From Bugula neritina (Eukaryota > Animalia > Bryozoa), in contig OZ037767.1 of assembly GCA_964035545.1 (NCBI GenBank), positions 1,189,680 to 1,253,679 of the forward strand: 64,000 nucleotides of DNA. The letters are read 5' to 3'. Below the pieces are notes generated by a model. It worked only from the letters and a program-made list of their open reading frames with translations. It did not search any database and had not been told where the DNA came from. This document shows positions 14,201-35,424 of this stretch, in pieces; within the stretch, counting starts at the first letter, position 1; each line of letters opens with the position of its first letter. The position numbers and the translations under genes are program-made.

Positions 14201-15899
14201 AATAAACCAACATATCTGACACGCCCATCGCTGTAGCCCAAATACATGCGTGTCTTCCAATTTTACAGGAGTCACGGAGAACCCCCTACCTGGAGCACTG
14301 GTCGGTGAGCTGTTTGCAAATATTATTGGTGACGGCTTCTCAAGGTCAAAGAAAGGTGACAGATTCTATTTTGAAAGTAGCCAGAGTGGATTAACTTCAG
14401 GTATGTTGATATATATGGAACTATAACCTTCAACTCTGTATATATTACTCTGTATATATTACTCGGTATATATAATACCCAGTAACCATCTTCAGTGTGT
14501 ACTTCCATCTTTTACTAATCTGTACCAAAGGATTGTGAATATTAGCAATCAAAAACCACTCACTCGACAGAATAAAAATTTAAACAATAGGTATTGTTGA
14601 CTATGCTAAACTGACAGCTAATATATAGATTGTATATTTATTGTGTTTTGGGTGGAAGTAATAATATTATAAGTTGTTATAGAGAGTTTCAAGTTATAAC
14701 TTATATATTATTATCATGTTGTTTTACAGCTCAAGTTGCTTCAATCAAACGATATACTTATGCCCAAGTACTGTGTGAAGGTCTCAGCATGGATAAGATT
14801 GTAAATAAAGTATTCTTCAGAAATGGACAGTAAGTAGCTTTAGTATTATCTGCACACACACACTTTATGGATTCAGCATTGTAATACTACTGTGAATTAT
14901 ACAAATTGATATAAACCTGAAAATTAGTAGAACTGCCATGCCTTGCTCTCTGCAAAATTTGAAGTTCTTCAGTCTCAATCAAAACTTTAGCTTAGCTTAA
15001 AGTAACAACACACTACAATCATCCAACTGGACTACCTGCTGCACATGATAATAAAAAACGAAACCTATTAGTGTTAAAAGACTTCCTTCTATAGTGTCTT
15101 CAGCAAATAATGAGGCAATACCGCAGGATTACTTTAGGATTTATTCAATCATATCATCTTCAATCATTGAGTAGCGCTTCCTATTCTTCAAATGCATTGT
15201 TTACCCTTGAATATTGTTACTAAGTAGTTTTCTCTTCTTTGTAGTATTACCAACTGTATATGTTGCAAAAGGTATTATTATGATATACTAGACTTAACAT
15301 TCAGTACCTTTCTCTCATATTTCTAATGATATATTCTGTTAATAGAAAAGGAGCTCGAGAGGTGTCCTGCTCCAGTTTCCCATCTCTAGACTTTAAGTTA
15401 TGGAAAACTGGTGGAAACAGTAACAACAATAACTGCTACTGGAGAGTGATCAGTAGAGGTCAATGCTGTCGAGGTAGGCATCATAATGTATTATTTTTTA
15501 TTATGTTAAAATATAATTCTAATTTCTCAAGAATGCTAAACCATCTAAAATATGCTTCAGAGAAAATATTAGAATTATATAGAATATTCTCCAAGTTCTC
15601 TATACCTTGATATAAGAGCTGTACTAATAACCCTTTGATCTCTACAACTTGTAGGACGTCGTACAGTATACAGAACGTGTGTCAACTCTAGCAGCTCCTG
15701 CAGATGTACTGGTAGAAGTCAAACGAGTGAGACCTGCAGAGGTGGTTACAATTTCTCTAGAAGAGCATGTTCAACCAGACCCTTTCCTACACTAGACCGG
15801 GACATCAGACTACCCGCCCCGGGACCAGCTAGGATTGATAGGCTAATCAACCCTCGCATTCTGTTACCTGAAAATAACCCAAATTTCAATATTCCATAA
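8211..15899 (+). CDS. Secreted animal heme peroxidase paralog B (19 coding exons) with C-terminal TSP1-like Cys module
   Basis: Approximate exons 8211-8251, 8708-8744, 9044-9065, 9577-9742, 10083-10144, 10446-10622, 10727-10906, 11069-11281, 11542-11772, 12053-12156, 12628-12769, 12988-13127, 13480-13550, 13659-13753, 13936-14060, 14269-14400, 14730-14829, 15345-15473, 15655-15899 form one open frame. Signal peptide MELSRSQKPLALLIFISLAVSCVNS. Motifs YREPTGRC, WGMAGTPF.R.L..YEDG, WGQFIAHE, RQQMNAITHIFDASNVYGS, GDSRINT, EKLFQETRKI, YEYLP, AAFRFGHS, NINRGRDHG, GDRFYFE. Confidence 0.93.
9275..9490 (-). mobile_element. tRNA-derived SINE (best preserved copy) in intron 3 of peroxidase B
   Basis: Reverse complement reads GGAGTGTGGTCTAGGGGTTAGAGCC..CCTAGTAAGCACGAGGTCATGGGTTCGAACCCC..GTTAGGAAGAGCATC. 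Flanked by direct repeat tcatataa (9267-9274, 9494-9501). Absent from the same intron of C. Confidence 0.8.
13155..13290. repeat. Degenerate ~17-bp minisatellite (ttaccatggttacaggg-like) in a peroxidase B intron
   Basis: About 8 imperfect units; shorter counterpart at about 31165-31250 in C. Confidence 0.75.
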
Positions 15900-17189
15900 A
15901 TGAATTTGACCTTTTGACCTTTTGAACGTTTGGTAATGAGACACACTTTGTTGCTAGAAAATTGAAATAAACAAAACTGTGGGTTTTATTTTTATATTTT
16001 AAATGTATTGATAAACTGTTACATATTATATGTATATGTAATATGTCACCCCGTATTTGAAGTGCAAATACGTATTTTTATGGTAACATCTTGCTTTATT
16101 CATATAGTTATAATGTGGTTCAATAAGTTAATATATTATGTTGTTGATATTTTGTATTGTTGTTTCTGTTTGTTGTTAAGGCTGTGTTGAAATAAACTTG
16201 CTCAGTCAACAATCATTGTTTTGTATTATAATGATCAGTCAAGTGCACTATACCACAAATATTATTTTATACTGTTTCAAGGTTAAACACAGTGGGCTCT
16301 ATAGCTACTTTAATAGCGTACATTTCACACTTTTTTTATTCTCAAAAACTGAGTCATAGTGATATATTTTAATGTAAACAGAGGGCAGACGATACTTAGA
16401 CGTGTTGTACTTAGTTTCTTTAAATTGCTTTCCAAAGTGATGTCATGCAGCTTTTTCCAACATGAAAACCCAGCATGTAACTTTTCTACTCAGTGTTTTA
16501 TGTCAAAGTCAAACTTTCAGAAATTAATTAAAGTCATTGTTCAAAATAAAAACTAAAATTGTGAACTTATTACAATTAAAAGGCCTATATTATATGGAAG
16601 TTTTGTAAAATAGGGATTCTAGTAACATGACTGATGTTGAAGAGATTAAGGAATTTCACAACTTCCTTTCTTGAGCTTTTCTGCTTTAGAAAAAATAGCT
16701 GCTGGCATCTGATTGGTTCAGTATTGAAGAGGCTGAAAGCAAATAGCATTTTCCTTCTCCAAGTTTTCATGTTGGAACTTTTTCACTTAAATCTTTGCTC
16801 AAAAAATTTGGTTGTAATACAAGGAAGATTAAGCAGAAACAATTAAGCAGAAACGAGGGAAGTGAATAAAGCTGTCATTCATAGAAACATGCCACGTGTA
16901 TATACGTGTGTATTACAATGTATTATGTATCTATGTGTGTATTATAATGTATTAGCCAATAGGCAGGGAATTCCTGGTTTCTTTATGTAAATTTATTGAC
17001 ATTGTCCATTGACCATTCCTACACAGCATAATAGAAAAAATGTCTTTTGTGTTGTGCCATGAATTATATCCAATGAGTGTGTTGTGTTGAATTAAAGTAT
17101 GAATTATATAATGAATGGTTTTACCCTTAAGCTTTATGCTATGAGTAATGCATCAGGAAATTTCGCTGTCAAACTTTCCTTTGAAGGAG

Positions 17190-17196
17190 TATATAA
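17190..17196 (+). promoter_or_regulatory. Putative TATA box of the small acidic protein gene
   Basis: TATATAA 85 nt upstream of ATG 17275; conserved at 35340 in the second copy. Confidence 0.55.
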
Positions 17197-17274
17197 GATA
17201 GGCGTTTTTGCTACCCACACACACACCAGTTTTCAATTCTTATTGTTTTAGAGTTGATGAAAACTTTGAGAATC

Positions 17275-19009
17275 ATGGCTAAGAAATCAGCAGTTTCAAT
17301 TTTACTGCTGTGAGTATAATATTCATACACATACCACAACCTTTAATAGTAAACTTAATTTTTTGTTTTTATTGTTATTATTGGCTATTGATCCATAAAC
17401 ATTGGGTGTAAATATTGTTACTTTGATTAGAATAAGAAATTTATATGCAAAGACTTTCTCGCCATATCTTTGAACAACAAAAGTTTTGAAACAACTTGAT
17501 ACGTTTTTTACAAATTAAAAGAATGGTGAATAAAAAAGTTTTTTTCTCAAGCTATTATAGCAAATCAAAATATTTTTAGCTGCATGCATTTAATTGTTTT
17601 ATTCATGTTTTCTTGAGGTTTTTTTTTATTTTTTGATAGATTTATGATACATTTTTAGTATTTTAAATACACAGTTCTATAAAGTTTTAATGAATAATAA
17701 TCAGTAAATTAGTAACTGGTAACTATAACCCAGGTATATATACTAGTATCTACTATAATTTGAATATATAGTAATCATGTTTATTTCTGTTACAGAGTAT
17801 TCATAGGAATGTTGTTGGCTAAAGGAGATGCAAGAGTACGTATATTTCTATATTTTAGTTATCATGTAACACATTTTACCATAATATATACACGTACACA
17901 TTATGTATTCATATTCTTTGAATGTTATATAATAATGAAGATTAAATAATGTTGGTCACTTCACAAATTAGTGATAATTTTCTCTTACTGCTAGCAATTT
18001 TTTTATTGCCTGTTTCTAACTTCAGTGGAAATAATATAAAAGATATAATATTTTAAACATTTTATCTGTTTGATATTTCAGGGCAAAATATTTGTTTTTT
18101 ATTATTTATTTTTTTTGCATGCTTTTATTTTAGTTTTTGACAAGTGAAGCAACTCCATTGAGGAAGTTGTCTACTTCCCCTGCCATAACAGATGTAGCTG
18201 TTGATGTAAGGGAGGACAACTTCAAAAGAAGAGGAACAACTTTTGAAATTGGAATGACAACTTTCTTTAGTACAGAAATGACAAATACTGCTGATATGGA
18301 AATGACTAGTTTTGACATTGAGGACACAACTTTAGAGGAGACAACTGCTGATATGGAAATGACTAATTTTGACATTGGGGACACAACTTTAGAGGACACA
18401 ACTTCAGAGGAGGCAATTTCTGATATGGGAATGACAACACCTTTTAGCACAGAAATGGCAAATGATGTAGAAATGACTGAAAATGACATGGATGACACAA
18501 TTCTCGATGAGACAACCCCGGAGATGGTAGAAATGAGCACTGTCATGGGTAAGAAAACTCCTAATATGAGTAACGCAATTAGGAAAGCTGAAGAAATGAG
18601 TGAGAGACTTTTAAATGTCTCAGCGACCAGCATGGTTACAAAGAACCTGTAAAATCATTGCATAATTAAAAAAATGTTACATCAATTTTAAATGCAGTGC
18701 ATTAGTATATAAAGCTGTTTATTTGGATTTAGGCAAAATGATTTTGAATATTAGGCCTATAGCAAAACTCTTAATTTTTGCAAACCCGGTACTGCACTTG
18801 TTTTAACAATCTTAAGGATAATTCCTGAAACTGCAAACTTTTTGTAAAATTATATTTTCAAATTCGAAAAAAATTTAAAAATTATTAGTATATATTATAA
18901 TGAGTGTTAATATGCAAGATATTTGTATTGACGTATAAATTTAAAATGTGGGGCATTAAGTTTTCTTCTATTTTTAGGCAGGAGGAGCCAATTTTCTACT
19001 AACGACTAG
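17275..19009 (+). CDS. Orphan secreted acidic Thr/Glu/Asp/Met-rich protein, copy 1 (about 173 aa, 4 exons)
   Basis: Exons 17275-17309, 17796-17835, 18134-18548, 18978-19009 splice in frame: MAKKSAVSILLL-VFIGMLLAKGDAR-FLTSEATPLRK..TPEMVEMSTVMG-RRSQFSTND*. All splice sites are conserved in copy 2. The last splice is the least certain; read-through would end at 18652. Confidence 0.8.
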
Positions 19010-19574
19010 ACTGAAACACAACATCAGCAAGTGAAAAGACTTGTGTTCTATTTGAATAATGATGACAATTGTTTAACAGCATCAATATTTTGATTAAGTG
19101 CAAAAAACGGTTTTTAAAAGGTTTTATATAATTATACAGGCATATTTATTACTTTTTTAATTTACTTTAGTATATTTTAATAAACTATTATTTGCTCTAA
19201 CATGAACAAATTTAAATAAAATTAAATAGAGTTATACAAGTTTTAAAATTTTGGCCATAGTTACTTTATTGAGTATCATATTATCATAATTATATTACGA
19301 TACTATGATAGAAACAGCGTTTGGTCACAATTACTCCTGAGCTACAGTAAACGCACTCAGACTATGTAACCAGCATGATCTGAGGCATAGCCAGCTTAAA
19401 AACTCTTCCAACAATGAAAGCTTTTCACAGGAACATGGAGACATGTAAACAATTAAAGATGAGTTTTATTGAAACATGTGGTTAATAAACTGTGGAATAC
19501 TAAAAATAAAATGTATGGCTTAGACTCAGGAGCTTGAAAAAAATTCCCGGTGTTGCCCTTCCTAATGCTACCAA

Positions 19575-19682
<108 letters not shown>

Positions 19683-19929
19683 TTGTATTTCAAATTTAGA
19701 CATAATTTTTTAAAGAATAATAATACTACAATATTTATTAACAGGGTTTATGTAATTACAATCTAAAGGACTGGTATCTATATTCTGAGATGCACACAAA
19801 GCCAATAATAGAGTATGTACAGTAGTGTCATCAATATAATCCACTATTGTTGGTGACTATTTAAAGCTGGCTGATCTAACAGCAAGATTTACTTTTCGCT
19901 GAGTGTTCTTTCAGCCCTGACTCCCTCAC

Positions 19930-20062
19930 TTGTTGTGAAACATCACAGAATATAGCCACACAGTTGTAAAACGCCACAGAATATAGCCACACAGTTGTGG
20001 CGCATCACAGAGTATAGCCACACAGTTGTGAAACATCACAGAATATAGCCACGCAGTTGTGG
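19930..20062. repeat. ~31-bp tandem repeat, about 4 units
   Basis: gttgtgaaacatcacagaatatagccacaca repeated head to tail. Confidence 0.9.
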
Positions 20063-20259
20063 AAATTGCTGGGCCAACAGGAAAAGCTGTCGCTGCTTCT
20101 TTCAGGTGAAGCATTAAGTCTCCGACTTTAATTGTATTTGACTTACTCTATCATATGACATAAACTGTCTTAAGACTTTATTCTATTTTATGTAACCTGA
20201 CTCTGAAACTTGCACATGATTTTATAATGCATTATTATTTAATAGAAATATATCAAGAT

Positions 20260-20440
20260 AGCGGCTGTGGTCTTGGGGTTAGAGCGTTTGCCTAGTAAAC
20301 ATGAAGGTCATTGGTGATGTTAGGAAGAGCATCCAGTCATAATTGTTCCTGTGCCTCATCTTAAAAAGTCCTAAGCCCGATTTAACAAGAACCCCTTTCA
20401 TCAGGGGTTTTCACACAGGGATAGCAACTTTAAACTTGCT
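20260..20440 (+). mobile_element. tRNA-derived SINE, internally deleted copy
   Basis: gcggctgtggtcttggggttagagcgtttgcctagtaaaca..gttaggaagagcatccagtcataattg..cctttcatcagggg; B-box region deleted. Confidence 0.75.
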
Positions 20441-20821
20441 GAGTTTATATCAAGATATTAGTTATTTATATTATATTCTACCATTTATAATGCTTACTTA
20501 GTACTATATATACTATCTTATACAAGTTATTCAGGCTGGTTTACCATGGGTGACAGCAAGAACTTGTTGGTGTCATTTAGGTGTGTCATTTATACTTAGT
20601 TTGAAGTGGACAAGAGTCTGTACACGCTTACATATAGTATATCAATTCCCCTCTTGTAAGCATTACTTAGCATTATAATCATGCATATTACATGCTCTAT
20701 TGAAGACATTCACTCTAAGTTAACCAGTTGCATGCAGAACTTTGAAAGTTGAAAATTTTAAAGTCTGACATTTGATATTTTAAAAACAAATTATGTGATT
20801 GTAGTCTGAGAATCTGCTAAG

Positions 20822-20996
20822 ATAGCAACCAGCAACTGATAACTGACAACTAGCAAATAGCAACTAGCAACTGATAACTAGCAACTAGCAATTAACAACT
20901 AGCAACTATAGTAACTAGCAAATAGCAATTAGCAACTGGCAACTAGCAACTAACAACTAGCAATTAGACAACTAGCAACTAGCAACTAGCAACTAT
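20822..20996. repeat. (TAGCAAC)n heptamer satellite
   Basis: Imperfect 7-mer array; a related higher-order 28-bp array is at 50630-50785. Confidence 0.92.
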
Positions 20997-21624
20997 AGTG
21001 CAGCACTACATTCAACTATTTTGTCGGCTATTGTAAAGCAATGTTATTCAGCATACAACATCTTTGTGCAAGTGAAATTAGAAACAGAATAATGTATTTT
21101 ATGATGAAATAGAGGTATTGAGGGCAAAGAAGAAAGTTTTATGTAACTATTAGTGCATTAGATTATTTCATAGTCAGGGTTACAGTTTGATAAGACATTA
21201 CTCATCAGTTCAGTTTTAATTTATTACTATTAGTATTACTAAATATTGATTATTTAATTTAGCTATATAACAAGCAATGCTGCTTGAGCAACTTGTTTGC
21301 CATGTGAATTATGCCAACGCTTTTTACATTTTGAAATAAGCCAATGGAGTGCGATCAGATAAAATTCATCAGCTGAAACCTAGCTAGGTCAGGTTCCAAC
21401 GAATTTTTGAACAAATGAACAAACTCTGCATTCGTTGTGCCATTATGGCTCGCTATTCGTCCAATATATGTACATATATAGGCCTACCACATTTCTGTGT
21501 TAGTTCTCAGGCAACAAATTTCACCATATATATGAGTGATGTATTCATATTCTATGTATGCTACATAATATAATAAACTTATATAAGTAATGATGATGAT
21601 CATTCCATGGTCAAGATTGTTCTC

Positions 21625-22098
21625 TAAGCCTAAGGCCACACTGTGCGTATTTTTGCACGCGAACATTTAAACCACAAATAGCAAAGGTGTCCACTTTAGC
21701 GTCAGTGATGCGTGATAAATAAAGCTTTCATTTTTAAATCGCACTCGCTTTCAATAAAACGCAATTTACTAAAACACTCGCTTTCAATAAAACGCAATTT
21801 ACTAAAATGTAGCACTAAAATAAAGAAATTGGGTTCGCTGAATAACTACCAGCCAATTAGGTGACGACGACAGAGACGATTCGCACTTGCGTTGAGAATG
21901 CTGAGCGACAAGTGCGAATGTTTTCTCAACGCGTACAGTGGACACATTTGCTACTTGTGATTTCAATTTTCGCATGCAAAAATACGCACAGCGTGGCCCT
22001 AGGCTTATCCCACATCACTGACGCTACAGTGGACACCTTTGCTACCTGTGGTTTCAATTTTCGCATGCGAAAATACACACAGTGTGGCCCCAGGCTTA
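21625..22098. mobile_element. MITE-like element with ~90-bp terminal inverted repeats and a duplicated right arm
   Basis: Left arm aagcctaaggccacactgtgcgtattt..gtccactttagcgtcagtgatg..gataa (about 21625-21718) is the reverse complement of about 22005-22098. A second partial right arm lies at about 21935-22007. Internal ~33-bp direct repeat at 21742-21807. Confidence 0.8.
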
Positions 22099-24637
22099 TT
22101 GCTAGGGCAAGTGCATATCATCTGTTTTCTGAGCTCAGTAAGAAAAATTTTTGAAGCCTCTGTATTTAAAAGGTTTTTATTTTATGTTTCGTATTTCAGG
22201 TCTAACCTTTGTTTTTTCATTATTAAACTTTTTTACTTTTGTTTCAACAAGCGAGAAAAACTTATTCATAAGTGAGATGTCTACGTGACTTGCGATGGCA
22301 GAAATAGATGTGAACGAGGAAAATTTTTAAAGAAGATGATGATATGCTACCAGGAAAGCTATATGCATGGATGAGAAAAGGTTTTATTAAAAGAATTTAG
22401 CTGCAAAATAGTTACTTAGAAATTGGAGAGAAAGTATAAAGATAACAGATGTTCTTTTGAGTGTTTTAGGAGCTGTAATACTTTAAGCAACTTCCAACAA
22501 GCACAGCTAAAGATACGAAATTGATTGTTAATCCAATTGTGTTTACTTGTACATTAGTACTATTTCCATATATTATTTATTTGTGCTAATCTTTTCACCT
22601 GTCATTTATAGCTATTTGTGTGTAATATATTTCTCACTCAACAATAAATACCCAATAAATCATCACTTTCCTTATCTTTGCCTCCAGTTTCTCATTATTT
22701 AGCTTAATGTATATACAGTATGTACAAGAGACGGCTTGGCTAGGCCTAAGTGTTAGTTAGTAGAAGAGCAGGCATGTGGTACATCCTGGTATATCGTGGT
22801 ACTTGTAACTTCTGATCCCACACATCTGATGCTCCACTCACACTTCAGTCTGTCCCACCATGATTTATGTTATATAAATAACTCCACATTTTAAGTTTCC
22901 ATAGATTGGTTATAAGGAAGTAATTTTATGCTTGATGTAATTCAATAATTATGCATTATACAATACAAGTACTATTGTCTAAATAATGAATGAAATGGGA
23001 TATTCCTTGGTAATGCAGGCATAAAGGCACAAAACAAGAGATTTTTCTTTGATTTAAACAGCTGCCAAAGTATTTTTCAAGCAACTAGAATAACGTGAAA
23101 ACATTTCCATTATTTAAAGGCGGTTAAGCTAACTTTTCAACTGTGTTTTTATGTTATCTTCCAAGTAAAATGTTTATTTAGAAACTGCATTTTATAACAA
23201 ATTTGAGTATTTCAATAATCATGCACATGCAGAAAATGTCAAAGGTCAAGGCTTACAAGCATGCCGGAGCTGAACATCAAGTAAGATTGTAGAGTTTTTA
23301 AGGCAAATTAGCTGATATTGTGAGTGAGCTTTTATTAGCTATAAGCTGCCAGCCTTGTCTTTATAGTGAAGCAAGTAAATGATTATTGTAAGTTGCCAGG
23401 TGACGTGGTGTCCTTTTCAATGTCACGAGCAGTATAATACTCTTGCTTCTCATGGAATATAGGTGTTTAACCTCTTTATTATACCATAAAAGTATTATAA
23501 TATAAAGTTGCATAAAGTTCGTTTTCTTGTATTTAACTTATGAAATGCTGCATCAGAATATGGTGCCACACATTTGATTGATCATTGAGTTGAATTAAAA
23601 ATTATGTTTAAAGGTCTACTTACTTTTTTGGAATCAAAAATAGGCATTCTGTGACTCTTACGGTTATGAATGACTATAAATTCAAACTGTTTCTGATTAT
23701 ATGTATATAGATAGTAATTCTTAAACTTGCTTTAGCTATCTTGAATTTACACACTTTTTCCTTAGGCCTTAGCTCCTTCAATTGCTAAGGTGTGAGTGAA
23801 ATAGGACTCTGTTCTGTGCTGCTGAAGGTAAAGAAAGCAGTTACTGGCCACATAATTAGATTATATATCTATGCTCAAGTCTCTACATCCTACGTGTTCT
23901 ATAATGTTATGTAGAAACAATATCGGCTTTCATAAAACTAATAATAGATAATAGTGTCAATGCTCTCACCACTTCATGAACTAGTTAAGCCTTCTAATCT
24001 GTCATTTTCTCTTGGCCTCTCCCATCTATTATCCAATTTTTTGTATTTCCTAATAAAGAAAAGACATTTTTTCCATAGTTCTATCAAAATAAAATAAATC
24101 AGTTTCCTGAAGGTGGAGCACATTAGGGTCTGTAGATTCTTCTGATCCACCATTATCTACCACAAATCTTCTAAATGACCAGCTTTAGTCTATTTTAATA
24201 TCTGTTTTATGTATTTCTTTATTATAAGAAAGGCTTTTGATAAACATTTGTTGCACTAAGTAAATCCTGTCCTACGTCATTTGAGTTTTATATCTATGTC
24301 GGTGTTTTAGATTGTGTATCTAGCTGCTGTCATCTTAGAAAAAATGCTAATTAGCAAAACAAAATAAGATTATAGAAACTAATAATACAAGTTATATAGA
24401 ATTAATTCTGTTGAGTTGAATGCATCTCTAGAATAATACTGCCTGATAGAAAACATACATATTGATGCCATTTGAAATTAAAATACTGCATGGGTTTTTA
24501 TTATTGAACAGTGATTGCTATCTTCGAAAATTGAATTTATTACAGAAATTTGTTGCATGTTTAAAGATTAAACAAGTTCACTTTTGCTTTTAACTTTTAC
24601 AATTAAGATTTAGTTTGGTATTTCAGTTTCAATGCTA

Positions 24638-24812
24638 AGTGTAGTAGTTAGAGTGCTGACCTGGTAAACACAAGGTCAAGAGTTCAAGTCCAAACTCATG
24701 CATTTATGTTAGGAAGAGCATCCAGTCATAATTGCTTCTATTCAATATATGAATAACTCTGTAGTCTGGTAAAAAGCCCTTTTCATCAAGGGGTCTCATA
24801 GGGATAGTGACA
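24638..24812 (+). mobile_element. tRNA-derived SINE, positional counterpart of the 7353 copy
   Basis: Same flanks as 7353-7535; gtagtagttagagtgctgacctggtaaacacaaggtcaagagttcaagtcc..gttaggaagagcatccagtc. Confidence 0.7.
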
Positions 24813-25179
24813 CTATTAGAAATTAAGCTAGTATCCCATTTTAATTTTATGGCCAATTTTTTCCTTTTATTGCAAAATTAAAGTTTTTTATAAGCCAGCA
24901 TTTCCTTTTTAAATAATTAAATTATTATCCAAGACACCTACGCTGCACAAGCAATGAGACCGGCTTAGATCTGCTTTCCTGAGCAGAGAAGTTAATGATT
25001 TCCTAGTCTTAAGAGATTTGAGGTCAAACAATCCTTATGATTGGCTGCTTTCTCAATAACTCAGCACTAATCTCTCAATCAACTGTCAGTTTAGATAACA
25101 AACAACTGTTACCGCGGAAATAATATTTTTATATAAAAGAGGGTTCTAATATGGCATTGCAGTCACATTCACTTAGAAT

Positions 25180-33945
<8,766 letters not shown>

Positions 33946-34131
33946 GATTGACAGACTAGTCAATCCTCAAATACTGCTGCCCCAGATTAATCCAAGTTTT
34001 AATATTCCATAGATGACTTAGACCTCTGACTATTTGATAGTGAGACACACTTATTACCAAGTCACTAGAAATTTGAAATAAACAACAATGTGGGTTTTTT
34101 TTTATATTTTAAATGTATTGATAAATTGTCA

Positions 34132-34172
<41 letters not shown>

Positions 34173-35424
34173 TATCTGATGTACAAATACGTATTTTTAG
34201 GGTAACAGCTTGCTTTATCTATATAAAAGTATATATGCCCCAGTAAGTTAATTTTGTTTTTTTGATATTTTGTATTATCTTTCTTGTTTGTTGTTGAGGC
34301 TGTGATGAAATAAAGTTTTTCAGTCAACAATCACAGTCTTTGTATTTTAATGATCAGTTAAGTGTATTGTACCACAAATCATAGTTTACATTGCTCCAAA
34401 GTTAAACAGGTTGCACTCTATATATGTAGCTACTTTAATAACATTTCACACTTTTTTTATTCTCAACAACTAAGTCATAATGATATATTTTAATGTAAAC
34501 AGAGAGCACATGATACTAGACATGTTGTACTTAGTTTACTCAAAATGCTTTCCAAACTGATGATATACAGCTTTTTTAACATGAATTTCCCACAAACATA
34601 GTTTTATGGATTTTGAAAACCCATCATGCAGCTTTTCTACTCAGTGTTTCATGTCAAAGTCAAAATTTCAGAAATTAAATTAAAGTCATTGCTCAAAATA
34701 AAAACTAAAATTGTGAACTTATTACAATAAAAAGGCTTATATTATATGGAAATTTGTAAAATGGTTTTTTTGTAATATGACTGATGTTGAAGAGATCAAA
34801 GAATTGCACAACTTCCTTTGTTAAAATTTTTTGCTTTAGAAAAAATAGCTGCTAGCATCTAATTGGTTCAGTATTGAAGAGGCTGAAAGCAAATAGCATT
34901 TTCCTTCTCCAAGTTTTTATGGTAAAACTTTTTTCCATAAATCTTTGCTCATGAAATTTTGGTTGTAATACAAGGAAGATTAAGCAGAAACAATGAAAGT
35001 CTAAACGCGGGAAGTGAGTAAAGCTGTCATCCATAGAAACACGCCGCCACGTGTATATACGTGTGTATCACAATGCATTATGTATTTACTGTGTTTTACA
35101 ATGTATTAGCCAATATGCAGGGAATTCCTGGTTTCTTTATTTAAATTTATTGACATTGTCCATTGACCATTCATACACAGCATAATAGAAAAGTATTCTT
35201 TGTGTTGTGCCATGAATTATATCCAATGAGTGTGTTGTTTTGAATCAAAGTATGAATATAATGAATGGTTTTACCCTTAAGCTTTATGCTCTGAGTAATG
35301 TATCAGGAAATTTCGCTGTCAAACTTTCCTTTGAAGGAGTATATAAAGCAGATATTTTTGCTACCCACACATACACTAGTGTTCAATTCTTAGTATTTTA
35401 GAGTTGATGAAAATCTTGACAATC

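Larger units (their letters stand above)
3340..19290. repeat. Segmental tandem duplication, unit 1 (intergenic + peroxidase B + acidic protein gene)
   Basis: Colinear similarity with about 22100-37550, including non-coding DNA (4960-8210 vs 22465-25180; 16200-17270 vs 34310-35420). Copies differ by many substitutions and indels. Confidence 0.9.

Noticed and set aside
16640-16780. Minus-strand KLGEGKCYLLSASSILNQSDASSY, faintly like a C-type lectin N-terminus
   Set aside because: Flanked by stops in both copies and lacks other lectin motifs.
18130-18633. 167-aa antisense ORF (S/V/I-rich)
   Set aside because: Shadow of the repetitive + strand exon; not conserved in copy 2.
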